Shown: one piece after another, positions 25,021 through 36,501 of the stretch
Layout: the number at the start of each line of letters is the position of its first letter
Numbering within the stretch: position 1 is the first letter of the stretch
Assembly: GCA_054600435.1 (NCBI GenBank)
Contig: BAAIJX010000014.1
Span: 124,001-188,000 of the forward strand
DNA: 64,000 bases
Direction: 5' to 3'
Origin: Neophaeotheca triangularis
Taxonomy: Eukaryota
The notes under the pieces: generated by a model
What the model was told of the DNA's origin: nothing
The model's database searches: none
What the model saw: the letters and a program-made list of their open reading frames with translations, nothing else
Translations under genes and position numbers: made by a program

Positions 25021-27201
25021 TCAAACCCCCAGCAACCCCTTCTCCCTCATGTCCCAACTTGGTTTCAACTGCTGCTGCAGATTCTGCCTCGTATCCACAA
25101 CATCGGTCGGGATGCGACTGACCCTGTACGCACCCGCTCTGACCGCGTTGTGCTGCATCGCGCTGATACCTGAGCGGTTGCTGCGGATACTGCCGGCGTC
25201 GCTGTCGTTTTTGAATCCCGCACTCGGAGGTGCAAAATCCAGACTTGAGAAGGTGCCAGATTTGCGGAGTAGGTAGGGCGAAGGCATGGTGGGGAGGTCG
25301 TCGTGCGAGGCGGCTAAAGGAACGTGCGGCAGTACTGAGGGGGAGAAGGGTCGTGGTGTCCCGGCAGGAGAGTCTGGACGGCGACCCCACTGCTCGTTAC
25401 GGAAAGTGCTGGGCGGGGCGAAGTCGATCGGGTTGGTGATGTGGGCGTCCGCGCCGAGTTTGTGCGGTGTGGGGAGGGATTGCAAGGGCGCAGGCGGTGG
25501 CATGGGTTTTCGGGGTGGTGGTGTGCCGCGGTAACCGCTTGCGGACAATCCACGGGGTCTTCCAAAGGACTGCGCAGAGTTGTGGCCAGAGTAGGATCTT
25601 GGTCCGCTGTTACCGCTGAAGCGAGGGGCTCCGCGTGGTGGAGGTGTCATGGCGCGGCGGGTCATGGGCTGTGCCCAGGGTTTGGCAGGCCCTTGCGGCT
25701 TACCACCGGTGATGAAGCCGTTGGTTTCTGGGTCGTACATGGTCGTCTCGCGCAGGTAGTCGAGGTCGTATTCCTCCTGTTGATAAGCCCGAGCCTGAGG
25801 GGCCGAGTCGTCAAAATATTCCTTGTAGAACGACCTAATACGGTTGGCACGCTGTTCAGGGTTGTCGTCTGGAACTTTTGGTGGCAGTGGACGGAGTCCA
25901 ACGACAGACACCCTGTTGTTGCCAATCATAGATGCCCGCTGACCATTGACAGGCTGGGGTGCTTGTAATTTTGGTACCGGTACATCGGCCTTTTCGTCGA
26001 CGGCAATGGCCTGAGGAACGATATCGTAGGGTTCTGGCGTTGCAGAGGTGACGCGAATGTCGTCTCCGTAGTTACTCGATGCACGATTTACGTTCACGGC
26101 TGGGGCCGCGCTCTCACTCGGCATGGAGTCGCTACGCGGAGGTATCCGGGGGACGGCAGAAGATGTCCTTGAAGGGGGTACTCGGGCCTCTGGCTCAGGC
26201 TGTGGTGGTGAAGGTGGCATTGGCAGGTCCCTGGTACCAGCACTCTCCGTTACGTTGCCAAGGGCAGGGCGATCTCCGCTGCTGGATCTGCTCTTTCTGC
26301 TACTGCCTGGCGGTGAGCTTCGGTTGGCTGAACTGTGCATTTGTCGTGTTTGGAAACTCGCGTCGAAAGGCTTTGCATCTGCGGGTGATGTAGGCGACAT
26401 GGAATCGCCACGCTTTGGAATTGCTGGTACTGACACGGACATGCGAGATGCATTCGCCATGAGACCGGCTCGGTCATTGGAGGCCCCAGCCGTGGAAGCC
26501 GAATAGACTGAGCCACCGTCGCCAAATCGTTGGCCGGATCGCACAGATTCCGCATCTCCTTTAAGGAACGTAACAGGTCGGTAAGGATCGTGCTCGTCGG
26601 AGATTTTTCGAGACATGCTATGAATCGAAGCGTTGGAGCCTTGCAAGCCCGCCGGTAAAAGGTAAGGGCTGGTGATGTCAATGTCGAGCGACCTGCCTCT
26701 GGCGTCCCTGTTGCTGGGGTCGCCCATGTCCGTCACCGTCATTTCCGGGAGTTTCTTGTCCTTTTTCCCTTTCTTCCCCATCTTTGGACCCATGTCCATG
26801 CCAAAATCGAGCGAGCGGTGCTTGTCGTTGTCCTCCTTCTTTTGATTCCTCTTCATACGCTGGTGAAGGAAAATGAGGACTATGAGTGCGATACCAAGCG
26901 GGATCCTGCGAGATTGTCAGCTGCACTCTCACTCGTTGCATCAAGGTTCGTCTTACGCAGCGCCCAATGCTATTGCCAGCGTCTGCGCATTGCGAGCGTC
27001 GTTTGGTGTCTGACATCCGCTCTTGTCCTTGTTGCTTTCCTTGGAGCAATCGAGGCTCTCCTCGTCGTCGTCACTGGCCCTAGTTATCAAGCTCCTTGCG
27101 GCGAATTTGATCGCAGTACCAGCATGGTCGGCAAGCTGCGTGAAGTGACGATTGTGTGGTTTACTAAAGCCAAGCTCGCTGCCTTGAAGTGGAATTCTCA
27201 T
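25021..27201 (-). CDS. Conserved fungal single-pass membrane protein with long Ser/Pro-rich tail; 2 exons, intron 26906-26956
   Basis: Splicing GTAAGA...GCTGAC...CAG gives TLAIALGAAIPLGIALIVLIFLH (TM) followed by RSLDFGM, SPYLLP, PEQRANRIRSFYKEYF and AGAYRVSRIP blocks. Confidence 0.82.
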
Positions 27202-29431
27202 AGCCGCGAGAAACCAGCAAGTATCGCTTCAGGTGTGAAGGAAGCGAAGCACTTTGTTCGGTTCGTAGTCTTGGTATCGTTGATTGTTCGTAGCAGTCCA
27301 CAGGGTCTCCGGTAAGGGTAACGTTGATGCTGTTGACGAGGGTTTGGGCGTTTCAGGAGATTTGCTTGCTTTGGTAAAGAACGTTGGTGTCTCGGATTAG
27401 ACTTTGTCGTATGTACAACGAATGGATAGGGGTCAGTATGTAAGGAATGTTGGTGCAAGCAAACTAGACTGCGCGTGAAGAAGAAGAAACGACGATGCCG
27501 CGCCGACCGCGGGACTCGAGTGAAGCAACGGAGGAGGAAGAGGAGGAGGTGGTGGTGGTGGTGGTGGTGTGGGAGTAGGCGGTGGCCGTGGTCGTGGTCG
27601 TGAGGAGCGAGGCTGGAATGGAGCGGCCTGAGCGACGTGCACGGGGAAGGCGCCTAGCCCACACAGCACGTGCCCCTGATGAAGGAAGGAGAGGCTAAAG
27701 TTGATAAACACAAGCCACAAGCATGGGTGTCCCTTGATTTGATTCAACAAGACGTATTGACGTGTTATTACATAGTTAGACAGTAGTATGAGTGCGTTAC
27801 AATATTGTCTTCCCATCACCGTTGTGCAGTACCTAATTTACCCACTGTTGTTATTGCTGCAAAGGAATAATACCTACTCATGTTGAGTACCTAGTCTGAT
27901 GTCTCCTTAAAGCAGCGTACCTGAACCCAAGCATGCGGGTACATGTGGAGCTCATCTGCAAGCATTCATACGGGGTCTAGTCTCATGCAGGAACAGCATC
28001 TTCTCAGCCAATCACAGCTAATTATCCGATTTCTGTGCCGCTCTCTCATGTTAGACAATTCATCCCGTGCCGTGCTTCTTCTAACCCAAGGCGATGCTAC
28101 AACTCACAATAAATTCCTGATGAACACGCCTGAGTCTAGGAAATAGCGTCATGATACATCTCTTGAGCCAACGGCAATAACAGACTACGGTAGTAGTACC
28201 AAAATGGGATCTAATACTCTCTACAACTGCAGTATGAACAATGGCAGATAAAATATGACCACGAACAGATATCTATATCATCATCGTTGCTCTCGCTGTA
28301 ATCTCTAAGTTAACTACATCGACGGTACCTTAGATAAGCCTCACTTTACCGTATCTAAACCCAAACACTAGCCCTACAGATGCTCCTTACTAACATGTAG
28401 CTCCACCTAGGTCACGGATCTGGTCTAGTTATTTGTTCCAAGAGTTACCTTATGGATTCCAAGTTGTCGCAAAGATTGATGACACCTCCTCACAAGTCAC
28501 AACCTTAGATAAGATATACTGACTGGACGGCGCGAGTTCGTAGAGAGACAAAATCTGCGCATCTATTAAGAGTATCCCCGGTAGAACGCCCATTTCTTTC
28601 CTATAAAGACTCGCGGTCATATTGGAAAATTCTCTCGAGTCTCAAGAGCGATTCTGTATAGCTATTAGAACCATCGTTGGCGTTGCTGCGGTAAGAAAAG
28701 TATCTCCGAAAACATGGCGGTTGGCGATGTACTACATAGGGAAGGGAAGTATAATTACCAGCGTTCCTACCAACCACGTCTACAACTAGGAGGCTCATTG
28801 CTTCTGCTTTGTAGGTGCATTTTTCTTAATTTTAATGAGTGTATTAGATCAAACTTCCAGTGTTGTTTTTCGTCCGAGATTGTGTGGATGGAACCGCTAG
28901 TCCCAAAGGGGAAGTCATGATGTCGTTTCAACTTGCGGTATCGAGATCCATTGTTAGGTTGTTCGCAATATTTACCAACTCCGAACACTCTCTCATTAAT
29001 TTTTTCAGCATTGTCAGTGGCATATACAGGTTTCTTTCCTAGTCACTAAGGATAGACCGATAACGGTACCCATTCATACAGGGAGAGTCCCGTCTAGCGG
29101 AAGTTACTTGATCAAAAATCGACTAACGTTACCTTTGGCTGTCTCGACCAGCTACTCGACCAATGGATGACCGTCTATCCAACCCTCGAATGGAGTAACA
29201 ATAGACTGACATAGGCTGTCGATCAATACCCAAGGAAGCGTTCTACAACCAGCTTCACTGAAAGACAGCAACATCTTCCACACGATTACTCGTCCCGGAA
29301 GAGGAGCGTTTTGACGGCAGCGACGCCGCTCTAGAATTGTAAAATTCCAGGCTCTGGCTGGCATAACGACTCATCCGTCGCACGCTCTCGGGCAGTCCAG
29401 CATCTCTCATGCGTGGCAGACCAAGTCCACC

Positions 29432-31783
29432 ATGTCCCAAGGCCTTGTCATAACGAACCCATTGACAAAGTATCGCACTCTCGTCGCCACCGGCCGCATA
29501 CGCCGAGACAATTCCCAATTACGTCTCGCACTACACTTGCAGAAGTTATACGATAGACTGATAGATTACGAGCCGCGCAAAGAATACAGCCGGGAACTTG
29601 ATCGGCTCGCGAAGACTGTGGCATCCCAAGACGAATCCGAGGAGCAACAGACACCATCATCTCGGCGCAATTCGACATGGCGAACACTCATGGCCGCGAA
29701 GGAGCGGAGGGATTCGTTGGCGCTGACACGAAGACTTTCGTCCCATGAAGAGGCTCTGCAACTCACCTCGCCACGAGGTTTGATGCTACACGGAGAAGTT
29801 GGCACGGGCAAATCGATGCTCGTAGACCTTTTCGCTGATTGCTTGCCGAACCGCAAAAAGAGGCGCTGGCATTTCAACACATTTATGCTTGAGACTTTTG
29901 CGAAGCTTGAGGCTTTGAGGCGAACACGAAGTCAGATTCGGCCAGCTTCGCAGCCGCCACAACTCGACGACGAGGACCACAGCATGCTCCATCTTGCGAA
30001 AGACCTCATCGAGACTTCGCCGATTCTATTTCTGGACGAATTCCAACTGCCAGATAGAGCGGCCTCGAAGATTTTGACCAATTTGATGACCTCTTTTTTT
30101 CAGCTTGGAGGCGTGTTAATTGCCACGTCAAATCGTATGCCGGACGAGCTCGACAGAGCGGCGGGTATGCACTATGCCCCGCCCCCTAGCACAATGAGGA
30201 GTCTTGGGTGGAAGTTTGGTATGGGAAAGGGCAAAGGTGTGGGCAGCGGGACGCCTTTTGCTGGACCAGGGGAGTTTGCGCAGTTTCTCGATGTGTTGAA
30301 AGCGAGATGTGAGGTTTGGGAGATGGAGGGAGGGAGGGATTGGAGGAGGCTCGAGAGCGGCTCCGTCAAAGCGAGGGGCCTTCGAGATCAAGACGAAGCT
30401 TTGGAAGAGTGGCAACTTGATGGTCACGATGATTTGCAGTCGGCACCCGGTATGGCGGAGTTGGCGGAAGATAAGATTGCAGAGGAATCACAATCGAGCA
30501 CCGTCGCTCTGCCGATTAACTACCTCTTAGACGCCGATACCGAAGCTGTAAAGAAAGCCACCGAGCAACCATGGCAGCCCTCAACAATGACAGTCTACGG
30601 CCGCACCATCCCCGTCCCACGCACCAACGCCGGCACTGCCTACTGGACCTTTAACGAGCTCTGCACCACGACCCTTGGCCCGGCTGATTTCACAACAATC
30701 GCTTCAAAATACCACACAATAATCCTCACGGACGTACCCATCCTAACCTGGAACATGAAAAACGAAGCCCGGCGCTTCATAACCCTCCTCGACGCGCTCT
30801 ACGAATGCAAATGCAAACTGCTCATCCAAGCCGCCACGGGGCCCGACGACCTCTTCTTCCCCGACGCCAAGCAGCACGAAACCTCCGCCCAACACTCCGA
30901 AGACGCAGTCTACGCCGAGACCCTGGCCGAAGTCTACCAAGACCAAACCGCCCCCTTCCGACCCAACGTCCTCAGCGCAAACCCCGACTACGCCGAACCC
31001 GCCACGAGCCCGGAACCCGACTACACGCACGCGCGCCTCGCAGGCCTCCAAACAGCCAACGCCTGGCAGCTTGAAGACGACCCGCCCAATCGCCCCCACG
31101 GCTCTCCAGCCCCCGACCCCTTTTCCCGCTCCTTTGGCCGCACGGACTCGGAAATGCAACGCGCGCCTATCGACCCCGACGACGACTTGCGCGCTCGCAA
31201 CGGCAGCAGCGGCCGGCGCGGTCCCGATTTCGGCCGAACGAGCGCTTTCACCGGTGAAGACGAGCGTTTTGCTTACAAGCGTGCTGAGAGCAGGCTTTGG
31301 GAGATGACGGGCGCCAAGTGGTGGGCGCGCGAGGGGGAAGACTGGCACCGCCCTTTGCCAGCGGAAGTCCGCAAATGGGAACGTCCCATCGCCAGCACCA
31401 CCACCACCATTACAAACGACACGTCCCGCGCATCCTCCCAGGCAACCTCAGATGCGGCCATGGGACCGGCGACGCCAGACTCCAGCCGTTCGGAAGAGTC
31501 GTTCCGGCAGCCATCACCACCACGGCAGCCGCTTCGACAGTCACCCACGGGTTTGAAAGCTAGTGAGAATGACCCCGTCAATGCGCTGGATTCCAGCCCT
31601 TTCAGAACGGCCTCGGAGCCGCCGCCGAAATTCAGCTGGACGCATATCTGGGGGACGATGAAATGGGGACCGCGAGCCGGGGCTTGGGGGAAGGGGGTTG
31701 AGGGGTTGGAGGAGAAGGAAAAGGAGAAGGAGAGGGCTAGGCGGGAGGAGGAGGAAGAGGGAAGGAATAAAGGGCAAAGGTAG
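29432..31783 (+). CDS. AFG1: AFG1/LACE1 (ZapE-like) mitochondrial AAA+ ATPase
   Basis: PRGLMLHGEVGTGKSML (Walker A), ILFLDEFQ (Walker B), LIATSNRMP, NEARRFITLLDALYE, FTGEDERFAYKRAESRLWEM. Confidence 0.9.
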   Translation: MSQGLVITNPLTKYRTLVATGRIRRDNSQLRLALHLQKLYDRLIDYEPRKEYSRELDRLAKTVASQDESEEQQTPSSRRNSTWRTLMAAKERRDSLALTRRLSSHEEALQLTSPRGLMLHGEVGTGKSMLVDLFADCLPNRKKRRWHFNTFMLETFAKLEALRRTRSQIRPASQPPQLDDEDHSMLHLAKDLIETSPILFLDEFQLPDRAASKILTNLMTSFFQLGGVLIATSNRMPDELDRAAGMHYAPPPSTMRSLGWKFGMGKGKGVGSGTPFAGPGEFAQFLDVLKARCEVWEMEGGRDWRRLESGSVKARGLRDQDEALEEWQLDGHDDLQSAPGMAELAEDKIAEESQSSTVALPINYLLDADTEAVKKATEQPWQPSTMTVYGRTIPVPRTNAGTAYWTFNELCTTTLGPADFTTIASKYHTIILTDVPILTWNMKNEARRFITLLDALYECKCKLLIQAATGPDDLFFPDAKQHETSAQHSEDAVYAETLAEVYQDQTAPFRPNVLSANPDYAEPATSPEPDYTHARLAGLQTANAWQLEDDPPNRPHGSPAPDPFSRSFGRTDSEMQRAPIDPDDDLRARNGSSGRRGPDFGRTSAFTGEDERFAYKRAESRLWEMTGAKWWAREGEDWHRPLPAEVRKWERPIASTTTTITNDTSRASSQATSDAAMGPATPDSSRSEESFRQPSPPRQPLRQSPTGLKASENDPVNALDSSPFRTASEPPPKFSWTHIWGTMKWGPRAGAWGKGVEGLEEKEKEKERARREEEEEGRNKGQR

Positions 31784-32011
31784 GGTGCACTGGGTGTAAG
31801 TGGTTGAGCTTGGGTTGTTGCTGGATGCTTCCACCAAAGGGGTAGGCAGGGTGGAATGTTGATGAGTTCACGGCATGTTGCTCGGTCTGAAAGCTGAACC
31901 ACAAGTCCTCCTCCAAAACCAACGACATTCCCAACAACATCCCTTACCGCCCGCCCCTTCCCTCACCACTTCCCTTCCCCAACCCACTGGACCAACCCCC
32001 CAAAAACAACA

Positions 32012-32186
32012 TGTTGGTGTGATTGGCCTGATGGACAGTCGCGCTAAGCCAGGGCTGGATTGGGAGATGTTAGAGTTGTCACGTTGTGTCACATGACCAG
32101 CTTGGCAAAGCCAACACTGCACCTACTTCTCGGTTGTCTCGTAGCTACTACATACTTTTTCCAATACCATGACACTTTTACCAACT
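32012..32186 (+). repeat. 5' LTR (~175 bp)
   Basis: Bounded by TGTTGG at 32012 and ...TTACCAAC(T) directly before the PBS; its end is repeated at the element's 3' terminus. Confidence 0.8.
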
Positions 32187-32200
32187 GATTATGAGCCCGG
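32187..32200 (+). promoter_or_regulatory. Primer-binding site complementary to the initiator tRNA-Met anticodon arm (Ty5/copia type)
   Basis: GATTATGAGCCC differs by one base from the GGTTATGAGCCC PBS known from Ty5-like elements, and sits immediately after the LTR end. Confidence 0.75.
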
Positions 32201-32458
32201 GTTTTGCGCATTATTACGCGCGCTGAAGACCCTCATAGTGTTCATCAACTGATAACTGCATTGCGACGTGGCTACGTTGCGCAGTTACGACGGACGGATT
32301 GCTCGAGTCCCTTTCGTCCCATATTCAACCTTTCGAAACCTGCGCATCCCTACCCTCAACGGTGGTACGCATTCAGGGCCTGCAAAATCAACTGCAGTAG
32401 GCTCTTCAGTAGCTTCTTCACCGGTCGGTAGGTTACTACAACTAGAATTACCGCAAAC

Positions 32459-33112
32459 ATGGCCGAACTTGGAGTGTCTGGAGTAGATGTCAACCAGCTA
32501 TATAAGCTCCAAGGACGTGAGACCTTCGACAAATGGTATGATGCTGTTAGGGATCACCTCCTTGAGAGACGACTGTACAAGATCGTCACTGGCGAGAGGG
32601 CGCGGCCTCAGAAGGAGGACTTTGTGGAGGCTGGCAAGACAAGGTGGGAGCAAGATGAGGCTTTCGAAGAGGCGGACGAGACATGGTTGTCAAAGGACGC
32701 CTGGGCCAAGATCATACTGCGTACGACGGTGTCGAACAACGTCTACAGTGGCCTAAGGAGGAAGGAGACTGCACATGATATGTGGTCCTACCTGAGCTTC
32801 ATGTATAAGCCTGAAGGTCCTTCGCATGAGATGGGTGCTTGGCATCGATTCGTCGACTGCCGGTTCGACGGGGTGGACATTGCGGCCTTTTGCCGCTCCT
32901 ACCGGAAGTGTTTGAGGGACATGAAGGACATCGGTATCGAATTCGAGGAAAAGCTGGCCCTGTACCAGTTCGTCGACTGCATAGACGACTACTATCCACA
33001 GTTCACGGCCAACCTTCTAAACCAGCTCCGCACGGCCAAACGGAACAGCAATGAATGGTTCCCGGACCTGGACACGGTTATGCGAGATGTCTGCAGCAGT
33101 TCGAGTTCCTGA
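32459..33112 (+). CDS. Copia-type Gag (capsid-region) protein, 217 aa
   Basis: KLQGRETFDKW...L...LYKIVTGERARP...W..KDAWAKIILRTTVS...KETAHDMWSYL..MY matches the copia gag N-terminal pattern; lies between PBS and LTR remnant. Confidence 0.8.
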   Translation: MAELGVSGVDVNQLYKLQGRETFDKWYDAVRDHLLERRLYKIVTGERARPQKEDFVEAGKTRWEQDEAFEEADETWLSKDAWAKIILRTTVSNNVYSGLRRKETAHDMWSYLSFMYKPEGPSHEMGAWHRFVDCRFDGVDIAAFCRSYRKCLRDMKDIGIEFEEKLALYQFVDCIDDYYPQFTANLLNQLRTAKRNSNEWFPDLDTVMRDVCSSSSS

Positions 33113-33356
33113 CCCCATCAACGGGATAGGCAGGACTCCCGGAGGACAAATGGCACAAGACACGGGACATAGAAGGGGCAAATTCCAGACCACCCATCGC
33201 GGATTTACCCGCGATTTGGGCTGTAGGGGTAGCTTTAACCTCTACAGCCACTCCCAGAAGCCAAGTCCAAGAGAACCAAAAGATCCAGCAATTCGAGTTC
33301 CTCGGGCCCGAGACCCCATCAACGGGATAGGCAGGACTCCGGAGGACACATGACAC
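33094..33356 (+). repeat. Imperfect ~60-70 bp direct repeat (33094-33156 and 33286-33356)
   Basis: CAGCARTTCGAGTTCCT[CGGGCCCGA]GACCCCATCAACGGGATAGGCAGGACTCC(C)GGAGGACA present twice. Confidence 0.9.
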
Positions 33357-33512
33357 TTTTACCAACACAACAGCTGCAAAAATCACCCACAAAGCGCAAA
33401 GCAAACCCACCACCCGCAGCAAAACCACCCACCCGCAGCAAACCCACCTACCCACTCAATCAAACAAACCAACCGGGCACCAGCACATCCCCTAGCACAG
33501 TCCCCAAGCAAC

Positions 33513-33585
33513 CAAGTCAAGTCAAGAAAAAAGTCAAGGAAAAGTCAAGGAATAAGTCAAGAAAAAGGTCAAGAAGAAGTCGAGG
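33513..33585. repeat. Imperfect 11-12 bp minisatellite (AAGTCAAG core)
   Basis: aagtcaag/aggtcaag recurs about 7 times, separated by A-rich spacers. Confidence 0.7.
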
Positions 33586-34754
33586 GAAAAAAAAAAACAG
33601 AAAAATCGAGTCGCAATAATGCATAGTGTAGTAGCTACCTTACCTACCTTGCCTACCTACCTTATCACTCTTCCATCCATCCATCCATCAATCCATCCCC
33701 CATTCCATCCATAAGTAGAAAAAAGAGCTGTGAGAGAGATGCGCTTACATATATACATACATACATTCAAATATGTACATACGAGAGCCAGTCAGTCACG
33801 TGCGCACCGCACCCATCCACTCTCAACGGTTAAAGACAAAAAACGTAAAACCCACGACAGCACCTACCTGGAAGAAAGAAAGAAAGAAACAAGAAAACAC
33901 GCAAAAACCAACCGTCAAAGAGATAACAAAGGTACCACGTTCCACTCGTGCTCACGGCAAAAGTAGATACCTCTCCCCCCTGAGAAAAATAAAAAGATAG
34001 AAGAAAAAAATAATACACAATAGCTAAGCTCTATGAACAAACAAATGTCCAGCGACACGCCAAAGGCGTGACGCCAACAAAAGCCACCGCGCCCCCTCCT
34101 TTTCCCGCCCTCTAGCCCTCCATGGCCCATTTCCGGACCGCTCGCCGAACCGGGCGACGAGACCGAGCCGAGCCTGAGCTAGTCGGGTAGAATTGAAAGG
34201 ACAAGCGGGAGAGGGAAAAGGAGAGCGGTGCTAATACCGATACTCGTGGGGGGACAGTTGAATCTCGCGTAAGGGTATACATCAGAGCCGCCGGGTTGTG
34301 GTAATCCGCACACTGAGTGAGATGACAAGACAAGGCGATTGAAGGGGATAGGATGGGAAAAGTGTTGTGGCCGGTTGGAAGAACCTGGAGTGCTGGGGAA
34401 AAAATGCAGTGGGATGCGGTGCCATCGGTCGAGGGTGAAGGATGCGTTTTACATGAGGCACGCCCTAGTTGGGGGTTTTGTATTTTGTTTTTGGTTTCTT
34501 CATGGCTACCGCTTTGCGGCCTCGTGGGAGTCCTGTGCCGTGCCGTGGTCTTCGCTCATTCGCAGTACGCCATGAACTCGCTCGCTCGCTCGCTGTATGC
34601 TTTTTGCTAGTCGCGTCGGTGGAAGAGCGTGACGTCCTCGTAAGATTGGTTCGTTAGGTCGTGATTCGCGTAGAATTTGTACAAATGCAAGAAATGCCGG
34701 AAATGTGTTGTTGTTGTTGTTGTTGTCGTTGAGGGGTGGGAGGGGCAGAGTCCG

Positions 34755-36501
34755 TTAACGGCGAGAGCCCAGGGAGCCTCTTCCGAGCAGAGAAGCTGGG
34801 TCGGTGAAGAGACGGAGGAACTGCGTTCGCTTCGAGGGCTGGCGTTGTGCGCCGAACTTGGCGTATTGTACCATGGGGCCGACTATGTCCTTATCTTCCA
34901 TGACGGGAAACTTGCCTGATCGCTGTGGATCGTTAAGGGTAGGGATCTTAGTGAGTGGTGTGGGCTCAGCGAGAGGTTGAATCCTTCGAGACTGGAAGCC
35001 GGGCGTGTTATCCTCTTCTTTGTCGTTTGGTCCCGGGCTGGCTATGGCGTTCACCTGGGCGTGTTTGTCCCGCCAATCTTTCTCGATCCCGCTCCACTTT
35101 TGCTCGGTGAGCTTGTAAGTGTGAGATGTTGGACCGTAGTGTTCGGCGATGCGTGCCGCTTGGCGCATGTATTCCTGGCGGGCTGTTTGCCAGTCTTCGC
35201 GTAGCTTATTGCAGGCCTTGTAGTCAACAACATCTGGCATATAAGGTGCGGGTTTGATGTCAAAATTTGCGTGCCCAAGCTTGTGTGCCCAAGGGTCCAT
35301 CTCCTCTGAGATGGTCATTGAGGGAATCTCAGAAGACGGCACAATATTCGACGCTCTATTAGCCATGGTGAACGAAGCTACAGATGGCTTCGACGACAAC
35401 GGTGGCGTAGGCACACCAAGCATGTTCGGGGTGCCGGCCGGGGTGTTGTCAGCCGCGAAAGTAGTTGGGGCTCCCGCGACTGTGGGCGATTGGAGAGGTG
35501 ACTGGATCTGCTCTCGGGACTCATTGCGAGTGTCCATCATGGGAGGTAATAGGGGGGTCGCCGCAGCTCCCCTATGGGCAATAGGGTCTTCTTGATACGG
35601 TGCTTGCGTCTGAACAGGCGCGGGTGGACCCTTTGGGGTGCTCTGATGATCAAGATTCGAAGTACTGGCAACTGGCGTGATTGGGGGCGTCGAAGAGCTT
35701 GCGCTGCGATGATCGAATGGAGCTGGGTTGGGGTGTCTGATGGAAGTCGGGCGCGAAGTCGGTGCACTGCGCACAGAATCGGTGGGACCCTTGAGTTGAT
35801 CTTTCTTGCGCCTGGAAATCGAAGCCCATGGACGTGAAAGTCTCCGGAGAGGCTCTACAGATGGAGAGATTTCGCCTGATCGCCTACGCTTAGTAGAGCG
35901 AATGGACAGATCGATGTCGCTGAAGTTGTCGTCGCCCGGTGACCATTCAGACATGGGCGAGGTCACTGAGGGTTGTGAGTAGGACCTTGCGCGGTGCTCG
36001 CAAAACGATGTGTCACCTCGTTTCGGATTAGCAAACGCCATTGACAAACGAATGTCATGAATACTCACAGATGCACAGCGGGCCCTCGGAATCTCCAGCA
36101 AGCACGCTAAAGGGCCCATCTTCCAAATCACCATGGCTATCCATTGAACCGCGGGGGTCGTCGGACCATTCGCCGATCAAGTCGAATGGCTCGTATTGTT
36201 TCGAAGGTGTGCCATGGATGTGATCTTCCGTTTCGGCAGGATCTTCCACTAAGTCATGAAGAGGGGGTTTTGCAACATTGACAGGCGAATCGGGAGTCGA
36301 AGCAAGAGAAGAAGTCGAGCTAGGCCCGCGATTGTGACTCCTGGTAGAGAAAGTGGGCGTATTTGGCGATGAGGCGCTAGAGTTGCCCGAAGAGTCGCGC
36401 GAATGCCCGCCGAGAGTCAATTGTTGGGGTGAAGTGTTGCCGGCCATTGTGTCGTCGGATATATCGTCGAGGAAAGTGTTTTGAGTTGTAGAAGAGTGCA
36501 T
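34755..36501 (-). CDS. Conserved fungal Ser/Pro-rich hypothetical protein; 2 exons, intron 36017-36068
   Basis: ATG 36501. Intron GTGAGT...GCTAAT...GAG joins PLCIC to DTSFCEH. Conserved-looking blocks DPWAHKLGHANFDIKPAPY, EHYGPTSHTYKLTEQKW, KFP..EDKDIVGPM. Confidence 0.8.

Larger units (their letters stand above)
32012..33367 (+). mobile_element. Internally deleted, gag-only Ty1/copia-type LTR retrotransposon
   Basis: Starts TGTTGGT (32012) and ends ACCAACA (33367). CAACA flanks both sides (32007-32011, 33368-33372). LTR-end sequence CATGACACTTTTACCAAC occurs at 32168-32185 and 33349-33366. PBS-like GATTATGAGCCCGG at 32187-32200. Contains a gag ORF. Confidence 0.88.

Noticed and set aside
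33094..33356. Direct repeat with a spacer considered as CRISPR-like or as the LTR pair
   Set aside because: Only two copies, eukaryotic context, internal to the element; the real LTR ends are defined by TG...CA, the PBS and the TSD
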